IMG/VR virus record: IMGVR_UViG_3300035183_001064
Span: 1 to 53,321 of that record
Reading direction: 5' to 3' (one strand)
From: a virus
Taxonomy: Duplodnaviria > Caudoviricetes
DNA length: 53,321 bases
Shown: piece after piece, positions 16,105 to 26,681 of the stretch
Layout of the letters: every line of letters starts with the position of its first letter
Numbering within the stretch: position 1 is the first letter of the stretch
Notes under the pieces: generated by a model
What the model saw: the letters and a program-made list of their open reading frames with translations, nothing else
Databases searched by the model: none
Told to the model about the DNA's origin: nothing
Position numbers and translations under genes: made by a program

Positions 16105-19100
16105 TCAGGGCTGGGACAGGCCTTTTTGTAGGGTGCGGGAAAGTCCGCGTTGTTGCAGACGGGGGAGTGCTGGTCGCCTTGGCGCGCTGAGGGGGGGACG
16201 GGCAATGGGACCATCCAGCGGGCTGGCCCCGTACAATTGCACCATAAGGGTGTCGAGGACAGGAAACAGGCGACGAGCCGCTCTGTTGCGCTTCTCGTAT
16301 TCTCCTTGCGCCCAGTAGGCCAGAATGGCCCCGAGGCGGTCCAATTGGGACCAGGCGGGGGGCAAATGGCCGATAGCAAACTCGCGGCCCAATTGGGCGG
16401 TGCGGTCCCGCTTGAGAGAGCTCATGACATCCTGGGCGATTTCACCTTGCATTCCGAGGAGGCCGCTCATAAAAATGCTTTGCGCCAGTAAATCCATATA
16501 CCCCTGATCGCGACGATCCCGTTGGTGGATCGTGTCTTTAATGTAATCGTTCAGGGCCATTGTGGAGGTAAGGCCGAATACCAGGCGGGTGATAGGCTTC
16601 CAGTTGCCTCGTCGCGCCTGTTGCGCCATCAGGCTTGCGAGCGTGCCCAATGAGCGGACAATGCTGGTAAAGGCAAAGACCGCGCGCAAGGCCGGATGCG
16701 TCATTGGGCGTCTTGTATCCACAGCCAGGCTGTACATGGCGTTGGACCGCGATATAAACACGCGGGCGGCCCAGGCGCGATCTTCTTCGGTCAGGCCCGT
16801 GTTCAGCACACGGTTTACATGCTCTGGACTCCAGTGTAGAAAATCCGCCAGGTCGGCCAGCATTTGAGGCTGTTTGTTTTTTGCTGCTGCCAGCGCCTCA
16901 TCAAGGGCGTCATTGACGGCAATGGCCCCGAGCTTGTTGATGTCCCGGTTAATGGCGTCTACGCCTGTCACCTTTGTCACAACCTGGCCGCTTTGACGAG
17001 CCAATTGGCGCGCGGGGTGCGCCTCAAGCACGGCGCGAATGCCGGTTTGTGCACCTTTCGCGTACTGCCGTTGCGAAAGGGGGATTGTTGCGGATGGTCC
17101 CAGCAGCCCTTCGAGGTAGCCTTGTTTGAGCCACAGGCCAAACTTGTCGCCCATTTGCAATATTTCGTCTATTTGATCCTTGCGAACGCCTTGCAAAAGG
17201 CCCAGGCGGGCCGCATGGATGTCCTTCATGATGCCGAATGCTTTGCTCAATCCCCGAAGGGCTGCCGCAGGAACCCACCCGGCGAGCGCGTTGGGTATGG
17301 CGCTCTCAGTAAGCAGCCCGCTATTGAGCAGATCAACAAACCAGTCGCCTTTTTTCAGAAATCGGGCAGCCGCATCGTCGTATTCAACGCCTTGGAGCAA
17401 CTGTACGGTCGATTTAAATTGCTTGCTGGCGACCTCCCAGTTCGCGCCTGCGCGGTCGATGGTGAGGGCGTGCAATTTGTCAAAAAAATCTTGTGTGTTT
17501 GGGCCTCCTACCATGGCTGCGCCAATGCGACGGGCGGCCATCCGCACGTATTGGCGGGGCACGTTCAAACCGTCTACATCGAGCACCTGGACGCGCTTGC
17601 CATTGACCACGACCGATTCCGGAAGTTGCAACTGGCGCTCTCGTTCAAGCGGCCCGTAGTGCCGGGTCGTAAGCTCGTCATAAAACAAATCGTTCAGCTT
17701 TTGCTCGATGGTCCATGCGTCTTTTTCGGCCACGTTTGAGGCTTTCAAAATGGCTTCGCGAAGCGCAGGGTTGGCGTTTTTCGAGATGAGCGCCTGGCGC
17801 GCCGCTGGCGTCAGTTTCTGGGTAAAATACTGTGGGTCATAGTTGGTGTCGAGACGCCCCGGACCGCGAGCCATTGCATGGACATCGTTCATAACGTCTT
17901 TGTAGACGCCCATGTAGACGCGCAAATTGGGCATGTTGTCTGGTATTGCGGTAGTGCCGCGGACAAGCCCCCGCCCGTTGTGGCGGAGAAAAGACAGCTC
18001 GGCGGGGGTGAGGTACTGGGCGGCATTGGTCAGGGCGGTGTCCCATTTTTGTGCAAGCAGAAATTGGTTCATGTCAATTTCTACAAGCGGATTGACAACT
18101 TCCTTGGGAAGCGTGCCCACCTTTGTGATGCCCCGCAGCGTAGCCCACGCGATGGCTGCGCGATCTTCCAGCTCAGCAAGGGTGCGGCCTGATGGCCCAA
18201 ATGGCCGGGTCTCTGGGCTCAGACGGCCTTTCAGGCGGGTAAGGGCGTCGCTAATATACGCGCTCATGTCGCTGATGATTGTGGTGCTGCCGGTTTCGTC
18301 CCCAAACACTTTTGCAACGCTCAGCGGGGTATCTTGCAGCGCGTTGAATACCCGTTTCAGCACGAGATTTGTTTTTTCTCCGCGCACGGATTGTTGGGCC
18401 AGAAAGTCGGCTAACTTTCGCGTGTCCCTGATTTCCGAGGGGAGGGTGTTTGCGGGCCCGCCAGTCAGACCGTAAATCTCCAGGTTGTCTGGGTGGATGG
18501 GCAGCCCGTGTTCCAGCGCGGCCTGTACGCCGTCACGATGGGCCATAAACGCCTTGTTGCTGGCGCGCGTCAGCATGGCGCGGCCCCCGCGCGTCATATT
18601 GGCGCTCATTAAGGAATTGAGGCGAGCCATGCGCTCCGCGCGAATATACTCGTCGAGCGGCACCTGGGCCAGCAGGGCTTTGGGGGGCGCACCCAGATCC
18701 TTCGCTTGTGCGGCGCTATCTGCAAGGGCCATTGTGGTTGGCCCCTCTTTCAGGGCTTGCCCAACAGGAATGACCTCTTCGCTCGGCCCCAGCAGTTGCG
18801 AAGGTTTGTGTGGCGGAAGGGCGCTGAGTTGCACCCGGCCCGTTGTGGGGTTAATGGGGCCTTCAGCCGAAGCGCGGGCTATGGCGCGTTCTGCGGCCAG
18901 CGTGGACGGGCCTTGGGGCGGCGTAGGCGCCATGGCGCGTCGTGCTCGGAGAAAGGCAGTGGCCAGCGCCTCGTCCGGTAAATCGCCGACTTTGGTTAGT
19001 TTGGTGGGGTCGCTGCTCAGGCCGTAGGGGGCGTCAGGGCCGCCCAGGGCTTTCGCCATGGTCAGGCGCTCTGTCGCCGTGAGAGGGGTCTCTTGGGTGC

Positions 19101-21015
19101 GGCCAATAACACGCTGCGCCGCCTCAATCGTGACCGCGTCTTCAGGAGTAGCGCCCCGGGTGCCGGTTGGGGCCGGTGCAGTACGACCGCTGAGGCCCTG
19201 CAAGTATTCTTCTGCGGCTTTGCGCCCTTGAGATTGCAGAATAGCCTGCACGTCCCACAAGGTGTCTGCATCGTGGGCAAAGTCCGGGCTGTCCGGGTAG
19301 TATTGCCTGTAGAGATCCCGCGCGCTATTGCGGTAGGCTCGCGCAACGGCGGCGGACACGCTGCTGGGCTGCGGCTGCGCACTGGGTGGGGGCGCGCTGG
19401 GCGGCAAGTCCTTCCACTTCCTTTGGTCCTGCGCGGCGGGCTGCGGTTGACTGGTTTCCGGCGGGCGCTGCTCCAACGCGGCCTGTGGCGTCGGTTCGGC
19501 GGCCCCGGAGGCCTGGGGCGCAGCCCCGGATGGTCCCTTGCCCTGCATGGCTGCGCGCTCCTCGATATATCGCCGAAGGGCGCTGGCCTTGTCTATATCT
19601 GTCGGTGCGATGGCAGAGCCGTAGGTGCGGCTTGCTACGGCTGCCTCGTCATTAAGACTGCGCTGCTCTCTTTGTTGTTGGAGGAGCGCCTGGGTTTCCG
19701 CCTCAATGCGTTGTGCATTGGTTTGTGCTCGGGGAGCCCCAATCTTTGGATCTTGTTCCATTGTGGCTGCGCGCTCTTCAATATACTGCTGAAGGGTGCG
19801 GGCCTTGTCCATATCCGTTGATGCGATGGTAGAACCGTAGGTGCGTCTTGCGGCTGCCGCTTCGTCATTGAGACTGCGTTGCTCGCTCTGTTGCTGTAGA
19901 TGTGCTTCGTAGCCCGCCCTGGCTTCCTCTGCAATGCGTTGTGCATTGGGCTGTCCTTGGGCCCCACCCTTTTGGCCCTTGCCTGGCGTTGCTGCGAGCT
20001 CATCGATATACTGCTTAAGGGCGTAGGCCTTGCGCATATCCGTCAATGCTACGGCAGGGCCGTAGGTGTGGTTTGTTACTGCCGCCATCTCGTCATTGAG
20101 CTTGCGTTGCTCGCGCTGTTGTTGGAGGAGCGCCTGGGTTTCCGCCTCAATGCGTTGTGCATTGGTTTGTGCTCGGAACCCCCTCTGTGGCTCCTCTTCC
20201 ATCGTTGCGGCGCGCTCCTCTATATATCGCTGAAGGGCGCGGGCCTTGTCTATATTTGTCGATATGGCAGGAACGCCGTAGGTGTGCCTTGCTTCCGCGT
20301 TAGCTTCCAATTGGCGCTGTTCGCTTTGGCGTTGCAGATATTCTTCGTGGCGCGCCCTGGCCTCCTCTGCAATGCGCCGTGCATTTTCGGCATTCTCTGC
20401 ATCGATTTCCGCTTGTATTCGCGCCGATCGTTGCGCTTGCCGTTCGGCGTTGAGCGCGGCTCGCTGCGCCTCCCGCTGCGTTTTCAAGGCCTGACGCTGC
20501 TTGCCTCTCACAATATAGCCGCCGAGTCCGCCCGTAGCGGCAGAGAGCGCCACGCCAGGCCCCATGTCGGAGAGCGGTACGCCCTCACTGGCCTGGTACA
20601 AAGCGTTTTCTGCTGCCGCAGTAAGCGCGCCTTTTGCAACAGCGTACATTTTGGACGCCGCCGGTCCGGCAGGGCCAATGGTAGCGCCCCCCATCGCAAT
20701 GGCGGTGCCAAGAAGGTTTCTCTTTTCCCGCTGCTGTGTGGCAAGTTCAATTTCTTGGGCCACCTGCTCGCCAATACCAGCACCAGCAATAAGGCCGGGA
20801 ACGCCCGCAAGAACGCTACCGACCAGGGGTCCGGCCAGGCGGGCGGCTGTGGGCGACCATTTTTGCACGGTGGTAAGCCGAGGCTTCGGTGCTGGTGCGG
20901 GCGGTCCTTGCGGCTCTAGAGCGCGAAGGGTTTCAAGAATGGTTTCTTCCGTGTCATTATCGCCAAACTCGATATACGCGCCCGGCTCATAGGGGTGCTC
21001 AACGTACTTCGGCAT
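16105..21015 (-). CDS. Large internal virion/ejection protein (1636 aa)
   Basis: Last of three large Ala/Gly/Gln-rich genes after the tail module; four internal ~72-76 aa repeats. Confidence 0.75.
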   Translation of the reverse strand: MPKYVEHPYEPGAYIEFGDNDTEETILETLRALEPQGPPAPAPKPRLTTVQKWSPTAARLAGPLVGSVLAGVPGLIAGAGIGEQVAQEIELATQQREKRNLLGTAIAMGGATIGPAGPAASKMYAVAKGALTAAAENALYQASEGVPLSDMGPGVALSAATGGLGGYIVRGKQRQALKTQREAQRAALNAERQAQRSARIQAEIDAENAENARRIAEEARARHEEYLQRQSEQRQLEANAEARHTYGVPAISTNIDKARALQRYIEERAATMEEEPQRGFRAQTNAQRIEAETQALLQQQREQRKLNDEMAAVTNHTYGPAVALTDMRKAYALKQYIDELAATPGKGQKGGAQGQPNAQRIAEEARAGYEAHLQQQSEQRSLNDEAAAARRTYGSTIASTDMDKARTLQQYIEERAATMEQDPKIGAPRAQTNAQRIEAETQALLQQQREQRSLNDEAAVASRTYGSAIAPTDIDKASALRRYIEERAAMQGKGPSGAAPQASGAAEPTPQAALEQRPPETSQPQPAAQDQRKWKDLPPSAPPPSAQPQPSSVSAAVARAYRNSARDLYRQYYPDSPDFAHDADTLWDVQAILQSQGRKAAEEYLQGLSGRTAPAPTGTRGATPEDAVTIEAAQRVIGRTQETPLTATERLTMAKALGGPDAPYGLSSDPTKLTKVGDLPDEALATAFLRARRAMAPTPPQGPSTLAAERAIARASAEGPINPTTGRVQLSALPPHKPSQLLGPSEEVIPVGQALKEGPTTMALADSAAQAKDLGAPPKALLAQVPLDEYIRAERMARLNSLMSANMTRGGRAMLTRASNKAFMAHRDGVQAALEHGLPIHPDNLEIYGLTGGPANTLPSEIRDTRKLADFLAQQSVRGEKTNLVLKRVFNALQDTPLSVAKVFGDETGSTTIISDMSAYISDALTRLKGRLSPETRPFGPSGRTLAELEDRAAIAWATLRGITKVGTLPKEVVNPLVEIDMNQFLLAQKWDTALTNAAQYLTPAELSFLRHNGRGLVRGTTAIPDNMPNLRVYMGVYKDVMNDVHAMARGPGRLDTNYDPQYFTQKLTPAARQALISKNANPALREAILKASNVAEKDAWTIEQKLNDLFYDELTTRHYGPLERERQLQLPESVVVNGKRVQVLDVDGLNVPRQYVRMAARRIGAAMVGGPNTQDFFDKLHALTIDRAGANWEVASKQFKSTVQLLQGVEYDDAAARFLKKGDWFVDLLNSGLLTESAIPNALAGWVPAAALRGLSKAFGIMKDIHAARLGLLQGVRKDQIDEILQMGDKFGLWLKQGYLEGLLGPSATIPLSQRQYAKGAQTGIRAVLEAHPARQLARQSGQVVTKVTGVDAINRDINKLGAIAVNDALDEALAAAKNKQPQMLADLADFLHWSPEHVNRVLNTGLTEEDRAWAARVFISRSNAMYSLAVDTRRPMTHPALRAVFAFTSIVRSLGTLASLMAQQARRGNWKPITRLVFGLTSTMALNDYIKDTIHQRDRRDQGYMDLLAQSIFMSGLLGMQGEIAQDVMSSLKRDRTAQLGREFAIGHLPPAWSQLDRLGAILAYWAQGEYEKRNRAARRLFPVLDTLMVQLYGASPLDGPIARPPLSAPRRPALPRLQQRGLSRTLQKGLSQP

Positions 21016-21016
21016 G

Positions 21017-22540
21017 TTACTGGCCCTGTTCTTCGGACGCGCCTGGGGGCAGTTGGGACATCCCTTGTTGCAGTTGGAGTCCCTGAACAGTACGCTTGCC
21101 CGTCTTTGGATCGATGCTGATTTTCGGCTTGTAGATTTTCACGGCTTCCCCCACCAGGTTTCCTGTCGGCCCTTTTACCGGCGCGGGATTGGCCCCCGGC
21201 GTGCCTGGGGGAGCTATGGGGCCGAGGGGCCGGGCTTCATAAAAACCGGTCTTTTCGTTCTGCTGCAAATCAAATCCGTAGGAACGAAGCGTGCGAGCGG
21301 CGGCGGCAACAAGATTTTCCAAGTCCTGGAACGTGTATTGTTTTGTCTCTTTGGTTTTGGGATCGGTGACGGTGACTGTTGTTTCCTCCAAAGGCGAATC
21401 CTGAAACCGGCCTTTTGACGCAGCCGCAAGCTGTTCCAGCAAATCGTTTACTTCGTCAACTACACCAAGCAGTTGATAGGACTTTTCCCCCAGGGCCGCA
21501 ATGTTTTTCTGCTTGGTCGCGAGACGGTCCTGCACGTCCACAGCAAGCGGCACGGCAGTCTTTACTTTCGCCTCCCGCTCTTTTATGATCGCCTTTTGTT
21601 GCTGTTCGATTCCCCGAAATGCGCCCGCCGGAGTGGGCCCCGCCACCTCACGGCGTTCTATGCCTTGCCCCTTCGCAAGGGGATCAATGATGTAGACCGA
21701 ACCGTCAGTAGGGTCAATCTGGTACGTCATGCCCTTTTGGAGGGCCTCACGTATGGCGGCGTCCGTTTGCACGCTAACAGGCACACCCGCCTCGATCATT
21801 TGTTTTCGTTGTGCTTCCCATGTGGCAATTTTCTTTTGCGCCAGCTCTTCTGGATGCAACTCACGTGCACGCTGTTCACGGCCATACGCGCCGAGGGCTT
21901 CCGCGCCATACTTCTCGATCAGGGCCTGTTCTTTTCGCATTTTGAGGGGCTGTAGAGCTTCCTCCATCCGCAACTTTTGGAGTTGCCTTGCTTCAATGGC
22001 CGCATCCCGCGCCCGGCTTGCTTCGACTGAGCCTTGATGTATACCCATTTCTATAAACTTCAGGGGAAGCTGCGGGTCATACTGCCCCATCTCAGCGGCG
22101 GCGCGGTTGAACGCCTCTTGTGTAGTCAGTGTATTTGCAAGCTCCCCATATTTCGCACGGATGCCCGCCTGAATGGCCGCGTCTTTCCATGGGGCGAAAA
22201 TATCATTGGCTAAACGCTCGATGTGGCCCTCGTGTTTCGCCAGGGGTTGGGCTTTTCGGAGAATGTCCAACTCTTTGTGAAACGAACCGGTAATGTCACC
22301 GTCCGTGAGCATTTTGTAATAGGCGTCCAGGTCCGGTTGCAGTTTTTTCTGTAGTTGTTTGTAGTCCCACTCGTCCGCTTCCCTGTCTGTGGCGAACAGG
22401 CCGCCAAGAAAGCCCATGCCGCCTTCTTCTTCAGGCTTTGTTATTCCGGACTGGGCGCGCCTGTAGCCCCTTCCAAGCCCCTCAAAAAACCCACCGAGGT
22501 CTACACCCGTAAGGTCAGCCATTTTGGTTTGCTCCACCAC
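21017..22540 (-). CDS. Putative internal virion/ejection protein
   Basis: Coiled-coil rich; position in the ejection-gene cluster. Confidence 0.65.
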   Translation of the reverse strand: MVEQTKMADLTGVDLGGFFEGLGRGYRRAQSGITKPEEEGGMGFLGGLFATDREADEWDYKQLQKKLQPDLDAYYKMLTDGDITGSFHKELDILRKAQPLAKHEGHIERLANDIFAPWKDAAIQAGIRAKYGELANTLTTQEAFNRAAAEMGQYDPQLPLKFIEMGIHQGSVEASRARDAAIEARQLQKLRMEEALQPLKMRKEQALIEKYGAEALGAYGREQRARELHPEELAQKKIATWEAQRKQMIEAGVPVSVQTDAAIREALQKGMTYQIDPTDGSVYIIDPLAKGQGIERREVAGPTPAGAFRGIEQQQKAIIKEREAKVKTAVPLAVDVQDRLATKQKNIAALGEKSYQLLGVVDEVNDLLEQLAAASKGRFQDSPLEETTVTVTDPKTKETKQYTFQDLENLVAAAARTLRSYGFDLQQNEKTGFYEARPLGPIAPPGTPGANPAPVKGPTGNLVGEAVKIYKPKISIDPKTGKRTVQGLQLQQGMSQLPPGASEEQGQ

Positions 22541-24584
22541 CGAAAAGGTATCTTAAACCGGCTCCGGCAATTGAACCAAGAGGTCCGCCTCCTAAATCAA
22601 GCTGAAAACCGGGGTTTTGGCTACTTTCGCTTTTGTTGTAGCTAAACGCGCCCACCTGACCCATAAGAGTCAACTGTTTGCTCATGACGTCGAACAGAGT
22701 GGCTTTTGCCGCATCGGACCGGGTCAAGCCCACTTCACCTGTACGAACCAATGCATCGAACAAATTGCGCTGCGATTTAATGTCCTCGATCATGCCGCCA
22801 AAAATGGTGCTGGCCATATTGACAGCGGCGTTCATGGTGTTGGTCGCAGCGCCCATCTGTGTTTGATACACACCAAGGTTGTATTGGTCCGCTGCGGCTG
22901 CCGCTCTCTGGCCAACTTCAGCAAACCCTAATGCGGCCTGTTGCCGCGCCGCGTATGTTTGTGCGAGGAACCCAGCCTCTGTACTGAACAACGAGGCGTT
23001 GTAGTTATCGATGCCTTGCTTGGCCTGGCGCATAATGTCCGCCATACTGACCATCGCCTGGTTGTATTTGGCAATGGCGTCGGCGGTAATGCCATACGTT
23101 TGCAGATCCCGAGTCCACCCGCTTTCAACGGCGCGCTCAATATAATCGGCCATTGTGAATACCCGGTTGCGCATATCAAGGACTTCTTGCTGTGACATTT
23201 GTGCGCGCGCCGTGGTGGCTGACGCAGCAGCAGTCCGTGATTCGCTCAGTAAACGGGCAGCCACATCCCCATCGAACCGTGCAAGCTGTGCTTGGGCAAC
23301 CGGGTGGGACGGGTTTATGCCGCTCAGCGCAAGGGCATCCATCAGGCGGCTGCGATCCTGCTGCGCGACACGCTCCGTTTCAAACCGCTGAGGCTCATAG
23401 AGGCTTTGGTACATGGATTCGCTGAGGGCTCTCATCGGCGCGCTGTTGAACGTGCGTTCCAGGGCGTCCGGACCCATGTACTCCTCCATACCCCGCTGGA
23501 CAAAAGGGGAAAACTGCTTTATGAAAGATTCTTCATAATGCGGTGCGTTCGGAATGTCCCGCAGATCAGGCGTCTGAAACCCCGTCAGGGCGCTTGGCCC
23601 TGGGCGATTCAGCGTCGGAATGGCCTCCGGACCGCCCACACCGCCTCCCGCAAGACCTGCGGAAAGGCTGCCCGGCGGAGGAGCCACACCGCTGTGAAAT
23701 CCAGAGGTAAACCCCTGCGCCATTTGGAGCGCGTCGGTTGGCGACATGCCCTGAAACGGTCCCTTAAAATATTGTGCGCCCAGGGCGGATACATCCATGA
23801 GAGGTGGTAGCCCTGTCGTCGTGTCAAAGGCTCCAGGCCCCATGCGCATAATGGCGTCAAGGTGTCGCTGCCCGGCAACCGGTTGTCCATAGATATACGT
23901 TTGTCCCGTTTCCGGGTCCGTGATAAGTTGCGCTGTACCGGGCGCTGCTGCGGTCCATTGCTGGGTTTGGGGGTTCCAGCGGTACCCCGGCAGCTTTTTT
24001 TGCATTTCCGGGGAAAGCGTATCAGGTGGTTGCGGCCCAGTACCGGCCTTCTTTTTCCCGGCTCCCCACGTAGCCTCAAACTGCTTGCGCGCCTGATCCT
24101 CCAGCTCTAACTGCGCTTCTGCAAAACTACGCGCCCCTTCGGCGACGCCTTTGGACCGCCCGCTTAAGCCCGCCGCACGCACTGCCGCGTCCCACTGGTC
24201 CATGGTAAACTCGTTACCAAGGTGCCCCCGGCTAAGAATGCGGGTGATGTCTTGTTTCTTTTGGGGATCGTGGGAATCGTAGTATTGAATAATGTCCTTC
24301 GTGGTGAAAAGCGGCTGCCCGTCTTTGTCCGTTTTCCGTGGCGGAGCTATCAGTCCCGCTTCCACAGGATCGATATCGGCATACACGCCCAGAGGTGAAG
24401 CTGATACGGATGGTATCCCGTAGGGACCAGTGCCTCCCAAACCGCCCAAAATCCCGGCAATGCCACCCAAAGAGAGCGGCCCAAACCCGGCGCGCATCAC
24501 CGAATCCACAAAAAAAGGATTGAAGGTGGTGCCTTGCAGGCTCATGCTTGAGCTTTTTTTGCCGCCGCCAAACTGAAAACCCAT
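22515..24584 (-). CDS. Putative internal virion/ejection (pilot) protein
   Basis: MG..GGGKKSSS N-terminus and Gln/Ala-rich body typical of podovirus pilot proteins. Confidence 0.65.
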   Translation of the reverse strand: MGFQFGGGKKSSSMSLQGTTFNPFFVDSVMRAGFGPLSLGGIAGILGGLGGTGPYGIPSVSASPLGVYADIDPVEAGLIAPPRKTDKDGQPLFTTKDIIQYYDSHDPQKKQDITRILSRGHLGNEFTMDQWDAAVRAAGLSGRSKGVAEGARSFAEAQLELEDQARKQFEATWGAGKKKAGTGPQPPDTLSPEMQKKLPGYRWNPQTQQWTAAAPGTAQLITDPETGQTYIYGQPVAGQRHLDAIMRMGPGAFDTTTGLPPLMDVSALGAQYFKGPFQGMSPTDALQMAQGFTSGFHSGVAPPPGSLSAGLAGGGVGGPEAIPTLNRPGPSALTGFQTPDLRDIPNAPHYEESFIKQFSPFVQRGMEEYMGPDALERTFNSAPMRALSESMYQSLYEPQRFETERVAQQDRSRLMDALALSGINPSHPVAQAQLARFDGDVAARLLSESRTAAASATTARAQMSQQEVLDMRNRVFTMADYIERAVESGWTRDLQTYGITADAIAKYNQAMVSMADIMRQAKQGIDNYNASLFSTEAGFLAQTYAARQQAALGFAEVGQRAAAAADQYNLGVYQTQMGAATNTMNAAVNMASTIFGGMIEDIKSQRNLFDALVRTGEVGLTRSDAAKATLFDVMSKQLTLMGQVGAFSYNKSESSQNPGFQLDLGGGPLGSIAGAGLRYLFGGGANQNG

Positions 24585-24598
24585 AGTCTACTGCCCCT

Positions 24599-25078
24599 TT
24601 ATTCGCCCTTGCTGTCGGTGGCATTGACCTTAAAGCTGAATACGTGGCCCACTACTTTTGCTGCTGGAAATACGCGCTGGGCAAGGCGCTCAACACTCCG
24701 TTGCTGTTTGGGGTTAAAAATGGTGGTGACGATTTCGTTGTAGTGCTCCTGCTGCGCCCAGGTGCGTACAGCCGAAAGCAAAGCGTCCCGCACCGCGTGC
24801 TCATGTGTAGGATTGTACAGCATAGCCAGCTGGGGAAGGGGATACACATCCACGCCGTGCACCATCAGGGCATAGCCTTTGGGCAGCCCCCGTTGGAAAC
24901 ACCCAAAGGTTGCGGCATCGCCCGCCGTCAAGCCTTCCAGCATGACACGCACCAGACCATGCGCGGTAAACACCGGATGGTTTTTTACACTGTCATGCAC
25001 CATCTCCTGGAACACAGGAGACAAAATGCCCGCAGGATTATTTATTTGGAAGGTTTCGTAGTTGTTCACGCACTTCAC
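24599..25078 (-). CDS. Hypothetical virion-assembly protein, possibly GNAT-like (start uncertain)
   Basis: Position before the ejection genes; LY...HAVRDALLSAVRTWAQQE pattern. Confidence 0.45.
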   Translation of the reverse strand: MKCVNNYETFQINNPAGILSPVFQEMVHDSVKNHPVFTAHGLVRVMLEGLTAGDAATFGCFQRGLPKGYALMVHGVDVYPLPQLAMLYNPTHEHAVRDALLSAVRTWAQQEHYNEIVTTIFNPKQQRSVERLAQRVFPAAKVVGHVFSFKVNATDSKGE

Positions 25079-25280
25079 CCAGCACCTGAATGAGTTCCTT
25101 TGTTGTGGCCTCCACCGATCTCAGGGCATCCGCAACCTGCCCGTTGAGCATTTGCTGCGAGTGTTCCATCGCAGCAAAGAACCGGTCAATGATGGGTTTG
25201 ACCACGACAGACAGCACAAGGGCGCTGAAACCAGCGCCCCCCAACGCCGCAACCTCCGGAGGAACGGTAAAGCCGTCCAT
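25038..25280 (-). CDS. Small membrane protein, holin-like
   Basis: N-terminal hydrophobic helix followed by a coiled coil. Confidence 0.5.
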   Translation of the reverse strand: MDGFTVPPEVAALGGAGFSALVLSVVVKPIIDRFFAAMEHSQQMLNGQVADALRSVEATTKELIQVLGEVREQLRNLPNK

Positions 25281-25281
25281 C

Positions 25282-26355
25282 TTACACCGCCCTCATGGGC
25301 ATTCTGGTGGGCGGCCTTTGTCCACGCGGAGCACCTGGTACAACAGGTCTGCGGGGCTGTCTGCCGCCCCAACCAAAGGCAGGGGGATTTCCCCCATACA
25401 TGCCGCCACCTGCACCGCCCCAACCAAACGCAGGCGGGTTGTTCGCCATGCCGCCGGAAAGGCCAATAGGAGCAAAAATGTTGCCTCTAAACACAGGGCT
25501 GTAAGGGCCGCCTGAAGGGGGGAGGGCATCGATGGTGGGCATGTTCGTGTTAAATCGCCCTCTGGGGTTCGAAGGCATCCCAGACATCGCACCACCTCCA
25601 GCGCCAGGATCGCCTTGTGCAACGCCAGGGGGGAGCGCATCAATGGTGGGCATATTCGTATTAAATCGCCCTCGCGGGTTTGATGGCATTCCAGCCGTCG
25701 CACCACCTCCAGGGTAGTTCGATGTGACGCCAGGAGGGAGGGCATCAATGGTAGGCATGTTCGTATTAAATCGACCTCGTGGATTTGGCGGCATTTCGCC
25801 CGTGGCGTTGCCTCCGGGGTAGTGCTGTATGACGCCAGAGGGAGGTGCATCGATGCCGGGCATGTTCGTGTTATACCGACCTTTGGGGTTCGCTGGCATT
25901 CCTTCCATTGCACCAGCGCCAGAGTAGCCTTGGGCGACGCCAGGAGGAAGTGCATCGATAGTGGGCATATTTGTGTTGTACCGCCCCCCTGGAAAAGGAA
26001 GCGCATCTATGGTGGGCATATTCGTGTGATATTCGACCCCAGGCCCTGTGGGGAAGCCATTTGTGTAGCCCCCTGGCTGCATTGTCACGACATCGCCGCC
26101 ACTAAAGCCCGCGCCTCTAAAACCTGAATACTGGTTATTGCCAGAAGGATTCCACTGCGTCACATCGTTATAAGCGCCCGTGTATGGGCCGGGGATTCCA
26201 TACCCGCCGAATCCACCGCCTCCACCAAAAGGAACACTGGCCTGGACCGCACCATTCAGACCGCCTGCATACCACATGGATGGACTATACCCGTAGGCGC
26301 TTTGGGCTGCGAAGGGTCCGCCGATACTCGCGGGAAAATACATTGAAGCTGCCAT
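25282..26355 (-). CDS. Gly/Pro-rich repeat protein
   Basis: Six copies of NTNMPTIDALP-like motif; repeats are visible at DNA level. Confidence 0.75.
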   Translation of the reverse strand: MAASMYFPASIGGPFAAQSAYGYSPSMWYAGGLNGAVQASVPFGGGGGFGGYGIPGPYTGAYNDVTQWNPSGNNQYSGFRGAGFSGGDVVTMQPGGYTNGFPTGPGVEYHTNMPTIDALPFPGGRYNTNMPTIDALPPGVAQGYSGAGAMEGMPANPKGRYNTNMPGIDAPPSGVIQHYPGGNATGEMPPNPRGRFNTNMPTIDALPPGVTSNYPGGGATAGMPSNPRGRFNTNMPTIDALPPGVAQGDPGAGGGAMSGMPSNPRGRFNTNMPTIDALPPSGGPYSPVFRGNIFAPIGLSGGMANNPPAFGWGGAGGGMYGGNPPAFGWGGRQPRRPVVPGAPRGQRPPTRMPMRAV

Positions 26356-26681
26356 CAGTTGTCTTCCTCCATATCAGGTTCCATCTCACATTCCACGTCA
26401 CAGCCGGTGTACAACGGACCGTACTCTTGCAGTTCCTTTTGAAGATCCCGCACCAGAATACGCCGCGTGCGCCACTCCTGCTCCTGCTCCCATACAGCGG
26501 CATCTCGGTCCTGCACCTGCCGGATATTGGTACGAAGGCTGGTCGGTGTGTCGCCCTGCACGAAATCGCCGAAACGAGAAAACAGCGAAACGAACACGTC
26601 TGTAGTCTTTTTGGTTTTACGCATTATCCACACACTATTCCCTTCGGCGCTATTGTACCATACGCACGGGGGATCAGGCAA
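26355..26681 (-). CDS. Hypothetical protein
   Basis: TGATG overlap with the downstream gene; acidic tail ending in a GGAGG RBS. Confidence 0.5.
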   Translation of the reverse strand: MPDPPCVWYNSAEGNSVWIMRKTKKTTDVFVSLFSRFGDFVQGDTPTSLRTNIRQVQDRDAAVWEQEQEWRTRRILVRDLQKELQEYGPLYTGCDVECEMEPDMEEDN

